A DNA stretch of 64,000 nt from Paludibacteraceae bacterium (GTDB lineage Bacteria; Bacteroidota; Bacteroidia; Bacteroidales; Paludibacteraceae), in assembly GCA_905236355.1 (NCBI GenBank), contig CAJOPG010000134.1:4595-68594 (forward strand), read 5' to 3'. The position numbers were made by a program, and so were the translations under genes. Each line of letters opens with the position of its first letter. The stretch's first letter is position 1. Positions 29,349 through 38,991 of this stretch are shown piece after piece. The notes beneath the pieces were generated by a model. It made no database searches, had not been told where the DNA came from, and saw only the letters and a list, made by a program, of their open reading frames with translations.

Positions 29349-29654
29349 ATGGAAGAGCAAAAAATGCAAATCAATCTCACGCCTGAAATAGCAGAGGGTA
29401 CATACGCCAATCTCGCCATCATCGCCCACTCATCCAGCGAATTTGTGGTGGACTTTGTACGCACAATGCCGGGCATGAAACAGGCACAAGTAAAGTCACG
29501 CATCATTCTGACCCCGGAACACGCCAAACGACTGTTGTTTGCCCTGCAAGACAATATCAGTAAATACGAGCAACAGTTCGGAAAAATAGAAATGACCGGA
29601 CACCCCGCTCCCGGAAGTACCTTCCCCCTCTCTTTCGGTGGAGGAGAAGCATGA
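29349..29654 (+). CDS. DUF3467 family protein
   Basis: AEGTYANLAIIAHSSSEFVVDF...SRIILTPEHAKRL. Confidence 0.82.
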   Translation: MEEQKMQINLTPEIAEGTYANLAIIAHSSSEFVVDFVRTMPGMKQAQVKSRIILTPEHAKRLLFALQDNISKYEQQFGKIEMTGHPAPGSTFPLSFGGGEA

Positions 29655-29720
29655 TGCGCACTACGAAGCTTGGACTTTAATATTTTAGAATTGATAATTA
29701 TAGACAAAATCTAATATACC

Positions 29721-30596
29721 ATGAAGACATTTCCTGCATCTCAACTGATTATCAACGCCGATGGCAGTGCATTTCACTTGCACCTCCGTCCGGAGTTCTT
29801 AGCAGATAAAATCATCCTTGTCGGCGATCAAGACAGGGTAAATATGATAGCATCGTTCTTTGACGAAGGCAGCATAGAGTGCGATATACAAAGTCGCGAG
29901 TTTCACACTATCACAGGCAAATTCCAAGGCAAACGCATATCCTGCGTAAGCACAGGTATCGGTACCGACAATATTGACATTGTGCTCAACGAACTTGATG
30001 CACTTGCTAATATTGACTTTGAAACACGCACAGAGAAAACACAAAAACGCTCTTTGGAAATTGTACGCATCGGTACCTGTGGAGCTATGCAAGACGACAT
30101 TCCTCTGGGATCTTTCCTTGTCAGCCAAAAGAGTATTGGCTTTGATGGAGTATTGTCCTTCTATAAAGGTCGTGACGAAATAGCAGATTTAGGCTTCGAA
30201 AAAGCTTTGATAGAGTTCATCCACTATCCTGAAAAAGCCGCACGCCCTTATGTGGTCGCCGCCAATAAAGAACTGGTTGACCGTGTGGCTGGCAACGATA
30301 TGTTGCGTGGCTGCACCATTGCCGCTAACGGGTTCTATGGTCCGCAAGGACGAGTGCTCCGTTGCGACATCGCCGTGCCTGACATCAACGAGCGCATTAG
30401 CAACTTCCGCTACGAAGGACAACGCATCACCAACTATGAAATGGAAGGTAGTGCTATTGCCGGATTGAGTCTGCTGATGGGACACAAAGCCATGACGGTG
30501 TGCTGCGTCATTGCACAACGCAAAGCGGAAGCGGCCAACACCGACTACAAACCACGCATCAAAGAACTTGTCCGCACCGTACTTGAAAGAATATAA
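29721..30596 (+). CDS. Nucleoside phosphorylase (uridine phosphorylase-like, PNP/UDP family)
   Basis: VGDQDRV, STGIGTDNIDI, RIGTCG, GFYGPQGR, NYEMEG. Confidence 0.88.
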   Translation: MKTFPASQLIINADGSAFHLHLRPEFLADKIILVGDQDRVNMIASFFDEGSIECDIQSREFHTITGKFQGKRISCVSTGIGTDNIDIVLNELDALANIDFETRTEKTQKRSLEIVRIGTCGAMQDDIPLGSFLVSQKSIGFDGVLSFYKGRDEIADLGFEKALIEFIHYPEKAARPYVVAANKELVDRVAGNDMLRGCTIAANGFYGPQGRVLRCDIAVPDINERISNFRYEGQRITNYEMEGSAIAGLSLLMGHKAMTVCCVIAQRKAEAANTDYKPRIKELVRTVLERI

Positions 30597-30610
30597 ACCT
30601 CTACCAGCGC

Positions 30611-31303
30611 ATGACCGTCAATGTTGAACACCTGAGCAAGAGTATTGGGAAAACAGAAATCTTGCACGACATCACCTTCAATATTAGTAAAGGTGAGATT
30701 GTGGGATTGTTAGGACCCAATGGTGCAGGCAAGTCAACACTGATGAAGATTTTGACCGGTTTGTGGGACTTTCAGCAAGGAACCGTTAGTGTTTGCGGTA
30801 TCAACGCCAACAGACAGCTCCCTCATGAAGTAAGCCGCCTGATAGGATATCTCCCCGAAGACAACCCCCTATACAAAGACATGTATGTGCGGGAGTACCT
30901 CCTCTTTATGGCTAAAATGCACTGCATCCCCCGGAAAGAGCGTAAGCAGAAAACAGGAGAGTTGATAGAAAAGGTGGGGTTAACTCCGATGGCGCATAAG
31001 AAAATACGGGAACTGAGCAAGGGATATCGCCAACGAGTGGGGTTGGCACAAGCCCTACTCGGCAATTTTGAGTTGCTGATTCTGGATGAACCCACTACTG
31101 GATTCGACCCCAACCAGTTAGACGACATCCGTAATTTGATTCGTGAAATAGGAAAAAATTGCACAGTAATACTCTCCACGCATATTCTGCAGGAAGTGCA
31201 GGCCATGTGCAACCGGGTTATCATTCTTGCACAAGGACAAGTGAAAGACGATACCACCGATTTGAACAATCTAACCGAACTTTTCCGCCGATTAACCACC
31301 TGA
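30611..31303 (+). CDS. ABC transporter ATP-binding protein, GldA-like
   Basis: [51 protein letters not shown]. Confidence 0.8.
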   Translation: MTVNVEHLSKSIGKTEILHDITFNISKGEIVGLLGPNGAGKSTLMKILTGLWDFQQGTVSVCGINANRQLPHEVSRLIGYLPEDNPLYKDMYVREYLLFMAKMHCIPRKERKQKTGELIEKVGLTPMAHKKIRELSKGYRQRVGLAQALLGNFELLILDEPTTGFDPNQLDDIRNLIREIGKNCTVILSTHILQEVQAMCNRVIILAQGQVKDDTTDLNNLTELFRRLTT

Positions 31304-31317
31304 TTTATTGTAACAAC

Positions 31318-32337
31318 ATGAGTGAATTCGACATACGTGGCCAACTGAATGAAAAAGAACAGGACAATGCTTTGCGACCGCTGAAATTTGATGATTTTGC
31401 AGGGCAGACAAAGATTGTAAGCAACCTGCGTATCTTTGTTCAAGCAGCACGCCTGCGCGGAGAGAGCTTGGACCATACCCTGCTCTTCGGACCTCCGGGT
31501 TTGGGAAAAACCACATTAAGCAACATCATCGCCAATGAGTTGGGAGTTGGGTTCAAAGTAACATCCGGACCTGTTCTGGACAAACCCGGTGACCTGGCAG
31601 GGTTACTCACCAGTTTGGAACCCAACGATGTTCTTTTTATTGACGAGATACACCGTTTGTCACCCATTGTGGAAGAATACCTATATTCCGCCATGGAGGA
31701 CTATCGGATTGACATCATGATTGACAAAGGACCTTCGGCACGCACCATCCAGATAGACCTCAACCGATTCACCCTGATTGGCGCTACCACTCGCAGCGGA
31801 CTACTCACTTCCCCGCTGCGCGCACGCTTTGGCATCAACTGCCACCTGGAATACTACGATGCCGATGTGCTTACAGGCATCGTGCAACGCTCTGCCCGAC
31901 TGCTGAATGTCGCAATAGATAGCCACGCCGCTGCTGAAATAGCACGCAGAAGCCGTGGAACACCACGCATTGCCAATGCACTGCTTAGACGAGTGCGCGA
32001 CTTTGCACAAGTGAAAGGCGACGGGAATATCAATTTAGACATTGCCAAGTATGCTCTTGAAGCACTCAATATCGACACCTTTGGACTTGATGAAATCGAC
32101 AACAAACTCCTCTGCACCATTATCGACAAGTTCAAAGGAGGACCCGTCGGACTCAATACTATCGCTACTGCAATGGGCGAAGACCCCGGTACAATAGAAG
32201 ATGTGTATGAACCCTATCTTATTAAGGAAGGTTTTATCAAACGCACACCGCGAGGAAGAGAAGTAACCGACCTCGCCTACCGACATCTTGGCAAGACACC
32301 TTGGCAGCAAGAGCCAAACGGAACTTTGTTTGACTAA
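31318..32337 (+). CDS. ruvB: Holliday junction branch migration helicase RuvB
   Basis: [39 protein letters not shown]. Start moved to the ATG at 31318. Confidence 0.97.
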   Translation: MSEFDIRGQLNEKEQDNALRPLKFDDFAGQTKIVSNLRIFVQAARLRGESLDHTLLFGPPGLGKTTLSNIIANELGVGFKVTSGPVLDKPGDLAGLLTSLEPNDVLFIDEIHRLSPIVEEYLYSAMEDYRIDIMIDKGPSARTIQIDLNRFTLIGATTRSGLLTSPLRARFGINCHLEYYDADVLTGIVQRSARLLNVAIDSHAAAEIARRSRGTPRIANALLRRVRDFAQVKGDGNINLDIAKYALEALNIDTFGLDEIDNKLLCTIIDKFKGGPVGLNTIATAMGEDPGTIEDVYEPYLIKEGFIKRTPRGREVTDLAYRHLGKTPWQQEPNGTLFD

Positions 32338-32356
32338 GGATCTTGGAACGACAACA

Positions 32357-33382
32357 TTACAACTCCAATATTACCTTCCCACATTGCCCCGACTCCATAA
32401 TGTCAAAACCTTTCTGGAAGTCTTCAAACTTGAAATGGTGCGTAATGACAGGGCTTAAGTCGAGTCCCCCCAATAGCATTTGCTCCATCTGATACCAAGT
32501 CTCCCACATACGCCTGCCGGTGATGCCCTTGATGGTAAGAGCATTAAAGATAACATCCGACCAATTGACCTTTGTGTCAGAAGGAAGAATACCCAGCTGG
32601 GCTATGTTAGCACCTTTATACATGTGCTGTATCATATCGTTGAAAGCGGAAGGTGCCCCCGACATCTCCAATCCTACATCAAAGCCACGAATTCCCAGTT
32701 GTTCCATTGCAGCCGCTACCGTCTCACCCTTCGAACCATCCACAGTGAGCGTGGCGCCCATACGCTTGGCTATATCCAATCGCAACGGGTTGATGTCTGT
32801 GACAATGATATTCTTCGCTCCCGCAAAACGACATATCCCGGCAGCCATTGTACCTATCAATCCGGCACCCGTAATCAGCACATCCTCTCCTAACAAAGGG
32901 AATGCCATTGCCGTATGAGTAGCGTTACCAAAGGGGTCCATAATCGCGGCAAAATCGTCTGATATACTGTCTTTCAACTTGACAATATTGCTCTCTGGTA
33001 TCGTAACATATTCTGCAAAAGCACCATCCTTACCAAAGATTCCCACCGATAAGCTATTCTCGCACACATGCCCCATACCACGACGGCAGTTTCTACAATG
33101 TCCGCACACAATATGTCCCTCCGCCGTTACACGCTCACCTACCCGTATATTCCGCACACCGGGACCCGTTTCCACCACTATTCCTACAAACTCATGACCC
33201 ATGATATAGGGCACACGGCAATGCTGTTCAGACCATTCGTCCCATTTATACATGTGTAAGTCGGTCCCGCAGATAGCTGCCTTTTTTACTTTGACAAGCA
33301 CATCATTCACAGCCACTTCCGGCATCGGAACATCTTCCATCCAGATACCGCGCTTCGGATAACGCTTTACTAATGCTTTCAT
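32357..33382 (-). CDS. tdh: L-threonine 3-dehydrogenase (Zn-dependent MDR)
   Basis: ICGTDLH, GHEFVG, CGHCRNCRRG...C, DPFGNATH; follows kbl. Start moved to the ATG at 33382. Confidence 0.93.
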   Translation of the reverse strand: MKALVKRYPKRGIWMEDVPMPEVAVNDVLVKVKKAAICGTDLHMYKWDEWSEQHCRVPYIMGHEFVGIVVETGPGVRNIRVGERVTAEGHIVCGHCRNCRRGMGHVCENSLSVGIFGKDGAFAEYVTIPESNIVKLKDSISDDFAAIMDPFGNATHTAMAFPLLGEDVLITGAGLIGTMAAGICRFAGAKNIIVTDINPLRLDIAKRMGATLTVDGSKGETVAAAMEQLGIRGFDVGLEMSGAPSAFNDMIQHMYKGANIAQLGILPSDTKVNWSDVIFNALTIKGITGRRMWETWYQMEQMLLGGLDLSPVITHHFKFEDFQKGFDIMESGQCGKVILEL

Positions 33383-33416
33383 AATAGAAAATCTCAAAAT
33401 TCCTAAATCCTATATT

Positions 33417-34619
33417 TCAGCCTTTCAACACCCCAAGTTTCTTGCCTACCTTAACAAAGGCGGCTATGCCACGGTCAAGATGGTTCTGCGTATGAGCCGC
33501 ACTGAGTTGCACGCGAATACGGGCCTCTCCTTTAGGCACTACCGGATAATAGAAACCTGTTACATAAATACCCTCTTGTTGCAATGCTGCGGCAAACTCT
33601 TGTGACAGACGGGCATCATATAGCATTACGGCACATATCGCCGATTGTGTGGGTTTGATATCAAAACCTGCTTGTTGCATCCGGCTTACAAAATAGCGCG
33701 TATTCTCGTGCAGACGGTCTTGGAGCACATTGTCACGACTCAGTAGTTCAAAAGTACGCACGCCCGCTGCCGCTATCATAGGTGGTATACTGTTGCTGAA
33801 CAAATATGGCCGCGACCGCTGACGGAGCATTGCGATAATCTCTTTCTTACCTGTAGTAAAACCTCCAACAGAGCCGCCAAAGGCTTTCCCGAGCGTGCCG
33901 GTGATGATTTCTATTTGTCCCCTGAGATTGTATAGTTCAGTCACACCGCGACCCGTACTGCCTACCACACCTGCCGAATGGCTCTCATCCACCATTACCA
34001 ATGCGTCATATTTCTTTGCCAAAGCATATATCTTGTCCAACGGACACACATTGCCGTCCATGGAAAATACACCATCGGTAGCTACGATGCGAAAACGCTG
34101 GGCCTGTGCCTTCTTTAGTTGCTCCTCAAGGTCGGCAACATCACCATTCTTATAACGATAACGAACTGCCTTGCAAAGACGAACTCCGTCTATTATCGAC
34201 GCATGATTCAATGCATCTGATATGATAGCATCTTCTTCTGTCAGCAATGGCTCAAACAAACCGCCATTCGCATCAAAGCACGAAGCATACAAAATAGTAT
34301 CCTCTGTTCCGAAAAAATCACTGATTGCCCGCTCCAACTCTTTGTGAGTATCCTGTGTCCCGCAAATGAAGCGAACGGATGCCATACCATAACCGCGCAT
34401 ATCCATACGCTGTTTGGCTGCAGCAACCAACTCTTGGTTGTCCGCAAGACCTAAATAATTATTCGCACAGAAGTTTATAACTTGCTGCTCATCCTTACCG
34501 GATGATACGCGAATACTACTACTCTGAGGAGACACAATGATACGCTCTTCCTTATAAAGACCCGCTTCTCTTATCGCAGACAACTCCTCACACAAATGTT
34601 GCTGAAATGATTTATACAT
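33417..34619 (-). CDS. kbl: Glycine C-acetyltransferase (2-amino-3-ketobutyrate CoA ligase)
   Basis: NFCANNYLGL, SVRFICGTQ, NHASIIDG, TDGVFSMDG, GTLGKA. Promoter -7 at 34670-34677, -33 at 34698-34701. Confidence 0.96.
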   Translation of the reverse strand: MYKSFQQHLCEELSAIREAGLYKEERIIVSPQSSSIRVSSGKDEQQVINFCANNYLGLADNQELVAAAKQRMDMRGYGMASVRFICGTQDTHKELERAISDFFGTEDTILYASCFDANGGLFEPLLTEEDAIISDALNHASIIDGVRLCKAVRYRYKNGDVADLEEQLKKAQAQRFRIVATDGVFSMDGNVCPLDKIYALAKKYDALVMVDESHSAGVVGSTGRGVTELYNLRGQIEIITGTLGKAFGGSVGGFTTGKKEIIAMLRQRSRPYLFSNSIPPMIAAAGVRTFELLSRDNVLQDRLHENTRYFVSRMQQAGFDIKPTQSAICAVMLYDARLSQEFAAALQQEGIYVTGFYYPVVPKGEARIRVQLSAAHTQNHLDRGIAAFVKVGKKLGVLKG

Positions 34620-34803
34620 AATGTAATATACTATTTATAAACTGCTCCTTCTCACTCCCATCAACGCTACAAAGATACAACATTCTTTGGTAACGCACAA
34701 AATTTTTCTTTTGATGAAAATAAATCCATACACGAAAAACGCGACATCCAAAACAACACCGGACAATATCTACCATACAAAATAGGCAGCGACACCATAT
34801 CGG

Positions 34804-34858
34804 TGCCGAAGGAGCAACCATACATCATCAAAGGATCAACCATACATCAAAAGCCCAT
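34804..34858 (-). repeat. 11-bp-period intergenic array, family B copy 2
   Basis: Reverse complement reads ATGGGCTTTTG ATGTATGGTTG ATCCTTTGATG ATGTATGGTTG CTCCTTCGGCA. Confidence 0.8.
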
Positions 34859-34935
34859 ACTAATCCCCACATAAGCCTCATGAAAGACCGCAACACTTTA
34901 TGTTGGAGGAACCTACTCCAATGTCCTCCGCCATT

Positions 34936-34966
34936 TTTGATGTTCCATTTTTTATTTGTACCTTTG
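34936..34966 (+). promoter_or_regulatory. Promoter of the queFCDE operon
   Basis: TTTG (34936-34939), 19-nt spacer, TACCTTTG (34959-34966). Confidence 0.75.
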
Positions 34967-34978
34967 CAGCCGATAACA

Positions 34979-35022
34979 GGGAGCTACTGTTTTTCCTCCC
35001 AACAACAAAAAAACTGAAAACA
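34979..35022 (+). ncRNA. Candidate preQ1 class I-like riboswitch (non-canonical loop)
   Basis: GGGAG/CTCCC 5-bp stem, 12-nt loop ending in C, A-rich tail AACAACAAAAAAACTG, in the queF leader. Confidence 0.45.
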
Positions 35023-35493
35023 ATGAGAACTTCTGAAGAATTGGAAGGCATCAGCCTTCTCGGTAATCAAGGAACAAAATACCCTACGGATTATGCTCCT
35101 GAACTCTTGGAAACTTTTCCTAACAAGCATCCCGAAAACGAATATTTAGTCACGCTCAACTGCCCTGAGTTCACATCGTTGTGCCCCAAAACAGGTCAAC
35201 CGGATTTCGGCAAGATAGTTATCCGTTACATCCCGCGCAATCGAATGGTGGAGTCAAAGTCGCTGAAACTTTATCTATTCTCCTTCCGCAACCATGGAGA
35301 CTTTCATGAAGACTGTGTCAACATTATTATGAAAGACCTTGTAAACCTCATGAACCCGAAATATATAGAGGTGTGTGGCTACTTTATGCCTCGTGGAGGT
35401 ATCAGTATCATCCCTTTCGCAAACTATGCCGATGCCGAGCATGACGAACTTCGCAAGGCAAGACTTGCCGCACAGATGGCGGGAGAAATGTGA
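35023..35493 (+). CDS. queF: NADPH-dependent 7-cyano-7-deazaguanine reductase QueF
   Basis: [35 protein letters not shown]. Start moved to the ATG at 35023, downstream of the promoter. Confidence 0.96.
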   Translation: MRTSEELEGISLLGNQGTKYPTDYAPELLETFPNKHPENEYLVTLNCPEFTSLCPKTGQPDFGKIVIRYIPRNRMVESKSLKLYLFSFRNHGDFHEDCVNIIMKDLVNLMNPKYIEVCGYFMPRGGISIIPFANYADAEHDELRKARLAAQMAGEM

Positions 35494-35518
35494 AATCTGA
35501 AGTGTAAAAATAGAAATA

Positions 35519-36169
35519 ATGAAAGATTCGTTATTGGTTTTATCAGGCGGACTGGATTCCACCACTATGCTCTATGAATACAAAGAGCGTATCGCTTTGG
35601 CTGTATCATTCGACTATGGCAGCAATCATAATAAGCGCGAGATAGGGTTTGCACGCCTTCATTGTGAGCGGCTGGGCATACGGCATATCGTTATACCTTT
35701 GCCTTTCATGAAGGAATATTTCCATTCGTCTTTGCTTGAGGGCGCAGAGGCTATTCCTGAAGGCAACTACGATGAAGAAAACATGAAGAGCACGGTGGTG
35801 CCCTTCCGAAATGGTATTATGCTGAGTGTGGCGGCAGGTCTTGCAGAAAACGAAGGATTGCACTATGTCATGCTTGCCAACCATAGCGGCGACCATACAG
35901 TGTACCCCGACTGCCGTCCTGAGTTTGTAGAGGCTATGTCTTCCGCCATACATGCAGGCACATGGAACGGAATAAAACTGCTTGTACCCTATACCAATAT
36001 TACCAAGACGGAAATTGCACGACATGGCAAGACCTTGGGCATTGACTATAGTGAGACATGGAGTTGTTACAAGGGCGGAGAGGTTCACTGCGGCAAATGC
36101 GGCACTTGCAGGGAACGGCGTCAAGCGCTTGCCGAAGCGGGAGTAAATGACACAACAGTTTATGAATAG
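35519..36169 (+). CDS. queC: 7-cyano-7-deazaguanine synthase QueC
   Basis: SGGLDST, VPFRN, YPDCR, WSCY...HCGKCGTC. Confidence 0.96.
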   Translation: MKDSLLVLSGGLDSTTMLYEYKERIALAVSFDYGSNHNKREIGFARLHCERLGIRHIVIPLPFMKEYFHSSLLEGAEAIPEGNYDEENMKSTVVPFRNGIMLSVAAGLAENEGLHYVMLANHSGDHTVYPDCRPEFVEAMSSAIHAGTWNGIKLLVPYTNITKTEIARHGKTLGIDYSETWSCYKGGEVHCGKCGTCRERRQALAEAGVNDTTVYE

Positions 36170-36204
36170 GTAATGGCGAATCGTTAACAGATAAACAGAT
36201 AGTC

Positions 36205-36537
36205 ATGTATTATATCCAAAAGACCATAGAGATATCAGCAGCACACAATTTGATGCTGAGTTACGAAAGCAAATGCGAAAGTCTGCACGGACACAATTGG
36301 ATTATTGTGGTTTATTGCAAGGCGGAAGAACTTAACCAAGACGGGATGGTAACCGACTTCACCCATATCAAGCGTGTCGTGAAAGACACCTTTGACCACA
36401 AGTATATCAACGATGTGCTGGATGTCAATCCCTCTGCCGAGAACATCGCCCGTTGGATATGCGAACATGTGGAGAACTGCTATAAAGTGAGCGTTCAAGA
36501 GTCGGAGGGTAATATTGCAATATATGAGCGAGACTAA
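36205..36537 (+). CDS. queD: 6-carboxytetrahydropterin synthase QueD
   Basis: SAAH, CESLHGHNW, DF, DH, NPSAENIA. Confidence 0.93.
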   Translation: MYYIQKTIEISAAHNLMLSYESKCESLHGHNWIIVVYCKAEELNQDGMVTDFTHIKRVVKDTFDHKYINDVLDVNPSAENIARWICEHVENCYKVSVQESEGNIAIYERD

Positions 36538-37093
36538 GAGATACCGCATCAACGAGATATTCTATTCTCTTCAAGGTGAGGGATATCACACGGGAAGACC
36601 TGCTGTGTTTATTCGGTTCTCCGGTTGCAACCTGCGTTGCCGGTGGTGTGACACGAACTTCAAACAATACACACTGATGAGTGCGGAAGAGATAGTGGGG
36701 GCATGCATAAAGTTGCATCGGGATTGTATGGCGCTTCTGACGGGCGGTGAACCTGCATTACATGCTGATGATGATTTGATAGATGCGTTGCACAAAGCGG
36801 GTTATAACCGTATTGCTATTGAGACCAATGGCACCAAGTATCTTCCGAAAGGTATTGATTGGGTTACTTGCTCGCCCAAAGAAGGAACCCATGTGTTGCT
36901 TCACAATGTGGATGAGATGAAAATTGTCTATACGGGTCAGGATGTGGAGAAATGGCTTCAGATAGTGCACGCTCCGTACAACTATCTCCAACCTTGTTCT
37001 CTGCAGAACACCAAACGCATCGTCAGGTACATACTCAAGCATCCGTGGTGGCGGTTGTCACTACAAACGCAGAAGTATATCGGAATGAAATAA
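36524..37093 (+). CDS. queE: 7-carboxy-7-deazaguanine synthase QueE (radical SAM)
   Basis: EIFYSLQGEG, GCNLRCRWCDT, TGGEP, ETNG, SPK. Start moved to the ATG at 36524. Confidence 0.94.
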   Translation: MSETKRYRINEIFYSLQGEGYHTGRPAVFIRFSGCNLRCRWCDTNFKQYTLMSAEEIVGACIKLHRDCMALLTGGEPALHADDDLIDALHKAGYNRIAIETNGTKYLPKGIDWVTCSPKEGTHVLLHNVDEMKIVYTGQDVEKWLQIVHAPYNYLQPCSLQNTKRIVRYILKHPWWRLSLQTQKYIGMK

Positions 37094-37152
37094 GCGTTAA
37101 ATGTCGCAACAAAAATATATTTCATATTTTCGGGGCATCTATATGTGTATTG

Positions 37153-37190
37153 TTGTGCTTTTGATGTTTCGATGATCCTTCGATGCTGCA
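37153..37190 (+). repeat. 11-bp-period intergenic array, family B copy 3
   Basis: TTGTGCTTTTG ATGTTTCGATG ATCCTTCGATG CTGCA. 29 bp (37157-37185) are identical to the reverse complement of 42324-42352. Confidence 0.85.
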
Positions 37191-37325
37191 AACTGAACGG
37201 TGTAAACGATGTGCGTAATGTGTTAAAATGTGAAAATACGGGTATTTTAAGACTATCTTAAGATTCTTTGGGGGTAATTATAACATTTTCACATTATAAC
37301 ACACACAAATGGTTTTGTTGTTATG

Positions 37326-38945
37326 TCATTTGGCGGGCAGTCCGAGGATGGTGTAGGTGATACCATCTTTCAGTAAGTACAGGCTTCCGTTTTGCAGGAT
37401 GAGGGTGCCGGAGTGAGTATCTGCAGCGCGCAAGATGTCATCTACTCCGTCCTCTTGCAACTCTTCTTCATCGTCATTGCCGGTGCTATTGTTTTCTGCG
37501 CCATCTTCGCCACTATTGCACGTGTTGTCACATTGAGCGCTAACGGTCAGGTTTTTTATTTCCCATGCGGGTGCCGAAGTTTGTGCATCGTACTTAAATG
37601 CCAAACGGACATCCTCTTTACCCATAAATTCATCGGGGATGGCAATAGTGTTGTCCTTCCACTCCCAATTGCTGCTCCCCCAATTGGTGATGTCGAGTTG
37701 GGTCCATGCGGCAGTTTGCACATCACCGTCATAATCGTCAGAGACAAACAGCATGCATTGTTGAGGCCACTCTTGCGGGTTGTTGCCATAGCCCAACGCA
37801 TGTGTAAAAGAGACAGAGCCATGCTTCTGCCCTCGGAAATCAAAGACGGGCGATACGAGCCAGTCTTCATCAGGAAGTGTTTGGTAGGCATTCATATATG
37901 CGCAGGAGTAGTTTGAATACCAGAACCAATTGGACTCACCTTTTACATTTACGACCTCCCAACTACCCAACGAGGAGGCAAAAGTCTCGGTGTATTGAAA
38001 ATTCTGACAATCATCTTTGTCATCTTCGCCTCCTTGTTCTTGCCGTTTTCCGAGGTCAAGAGCAACGAGGTAGGGGTCGTGGTCGGAATAGTCGTAACAC
38101 CTATAGCAGTTGCACGAAAGATTGTTCAAGTGCCACACTCCCGCGCCGGTTATCTGCTTCGCCATAGAAGCGTTAGCAAACACATGGTCGATGAGTTCGC
38201 CGCTATAGTTCCAGCAATAAGAATAGGCGGTGGAATCGAAACGGAGCAATTGTTCTTCATAGCCTGCATTCTGAATAAGGGCAATACACTCCTCGTCGAT
38301 CTGCGCATTCAAGTCCCCCATGATTAGGATGTCGGGGTCGGTAGCATACTGTGGTAAGGCATTAAGCAGATGATTGGCATTGTTGATTCGCTGCTGCTTG
38401 TCGGAATCTGTGGATTTGGCCTTGAAGTGATTCATGCTGAGTGTAAAACGCTCACCGGTGGAAATTTCTTCGAACACCTGAATGCGCATTGTGTTCTTGT
38501 AGTATGTCCATGTGGAAGCGGGATGACTACTGCCGTAGGGTTGCACTTTGTCCTTCCTGTAAATGAAGCCCGACTTGAGCGCATTGTCATACTCATCGGT
38601 CGCTTCGTAAATACCGTCGCTGACAGTGGCATAGAGTTCCGCCTCCGCCATCTTGTTGAGTGTATCCACCAACTGCTGTAGCACAATGGGTTTGGCTTCC
38701 ACTTCACAGAAAGCATAGATGTCGGCATCTGCTGCAAGCATCATGTCGGCTATCTTGTGCGTCTTCTCGGCAAGCCCCGCCTCGGTATTATAGTCGGGGC
38801 GTGCAGACTCTGCATAGTTGTAATAGTAGTTCTCCAGATTATTAGCCAGCACCAGAATTCTGCCATTGCCCAACTCAGGAAGAGTTGCGGCAAAAAGATT
38901 CGCAACCGAGAATATTAATATCAAAAAAGATGTTGTTTTTTTCAT
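37326..38945 (-). CDS. Secreted endonuclease/exonuclease/phosphatase (ExeM/NucH-like) with C-terminal adhesin-like (DUF5017/choice-of-anchor J-like) domain
   Basis: NNLENY, CEVE, NHFKAK, MGDLNA, IDHVFAN, SDHDP; then EDWLVSP...VRLAFKY...WEIKN; acidic linker and short CTD-like tail. Confidence 0.8.
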   Translation of the reverse strand: MKKTTSFLILIFSVANLFAATLPELGNGRILVLANNLENYYYNYAESARPDYNTEAGLAEKTHKIADMMLAADADIYAFCEVEAKPIVLQQLVDTLNKMAEAELYATVSDGIYEATDEYDNALKSGFIYRKDKVQPYGSSHPASTWTYYKNTMRIQVFEEISTGERFTLSMNHFKAKSTDSDKQQRINNANHLLNALPQYATDPDILIMGDLNAQIDEECIALIQNAGYEEQLLRFDSTAYSYCWNYSGELIDHVFANASMAKQITGAGVWHLNNLSCNCYRCYDYSDHDPYLVALDLGKRQEQGGEDDKDDCQNFQYTETFASSLGSWEVVNVKGESNWFWYSNYSCAYMNAYQTLPDEDWLVSPVFDFRGQKHGSVSFTHALGYGNNPQEWPQQCMLFVSDDYDGDVQTAAWTQLDITNWGSSNWEWKDNTIAIPDEFMGKEDVRLAFKYDAQTSAPAWEIKNLTVSAQCDNTCNSGEDGAENNSTGNDDEEELQEDGVDDILRAADTHSGTLILQNGSLYLLKDGITYTILGLPAK

Positions 38946-38991
38946 ATTTCAGACTATAATGATTAGAATTGGTTCAAGACAATACTGCGTC

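Noticed and set aside
35023..38945. 7-deazaguanine DNA-modification (dpd) defence system from que genes plus a nuclease
   Set aside because: No dpdA/tgt paralog or dpdB-K; queF points to tRNA queuosine synthesis; the nuclease is secreted and convergently transcribed.
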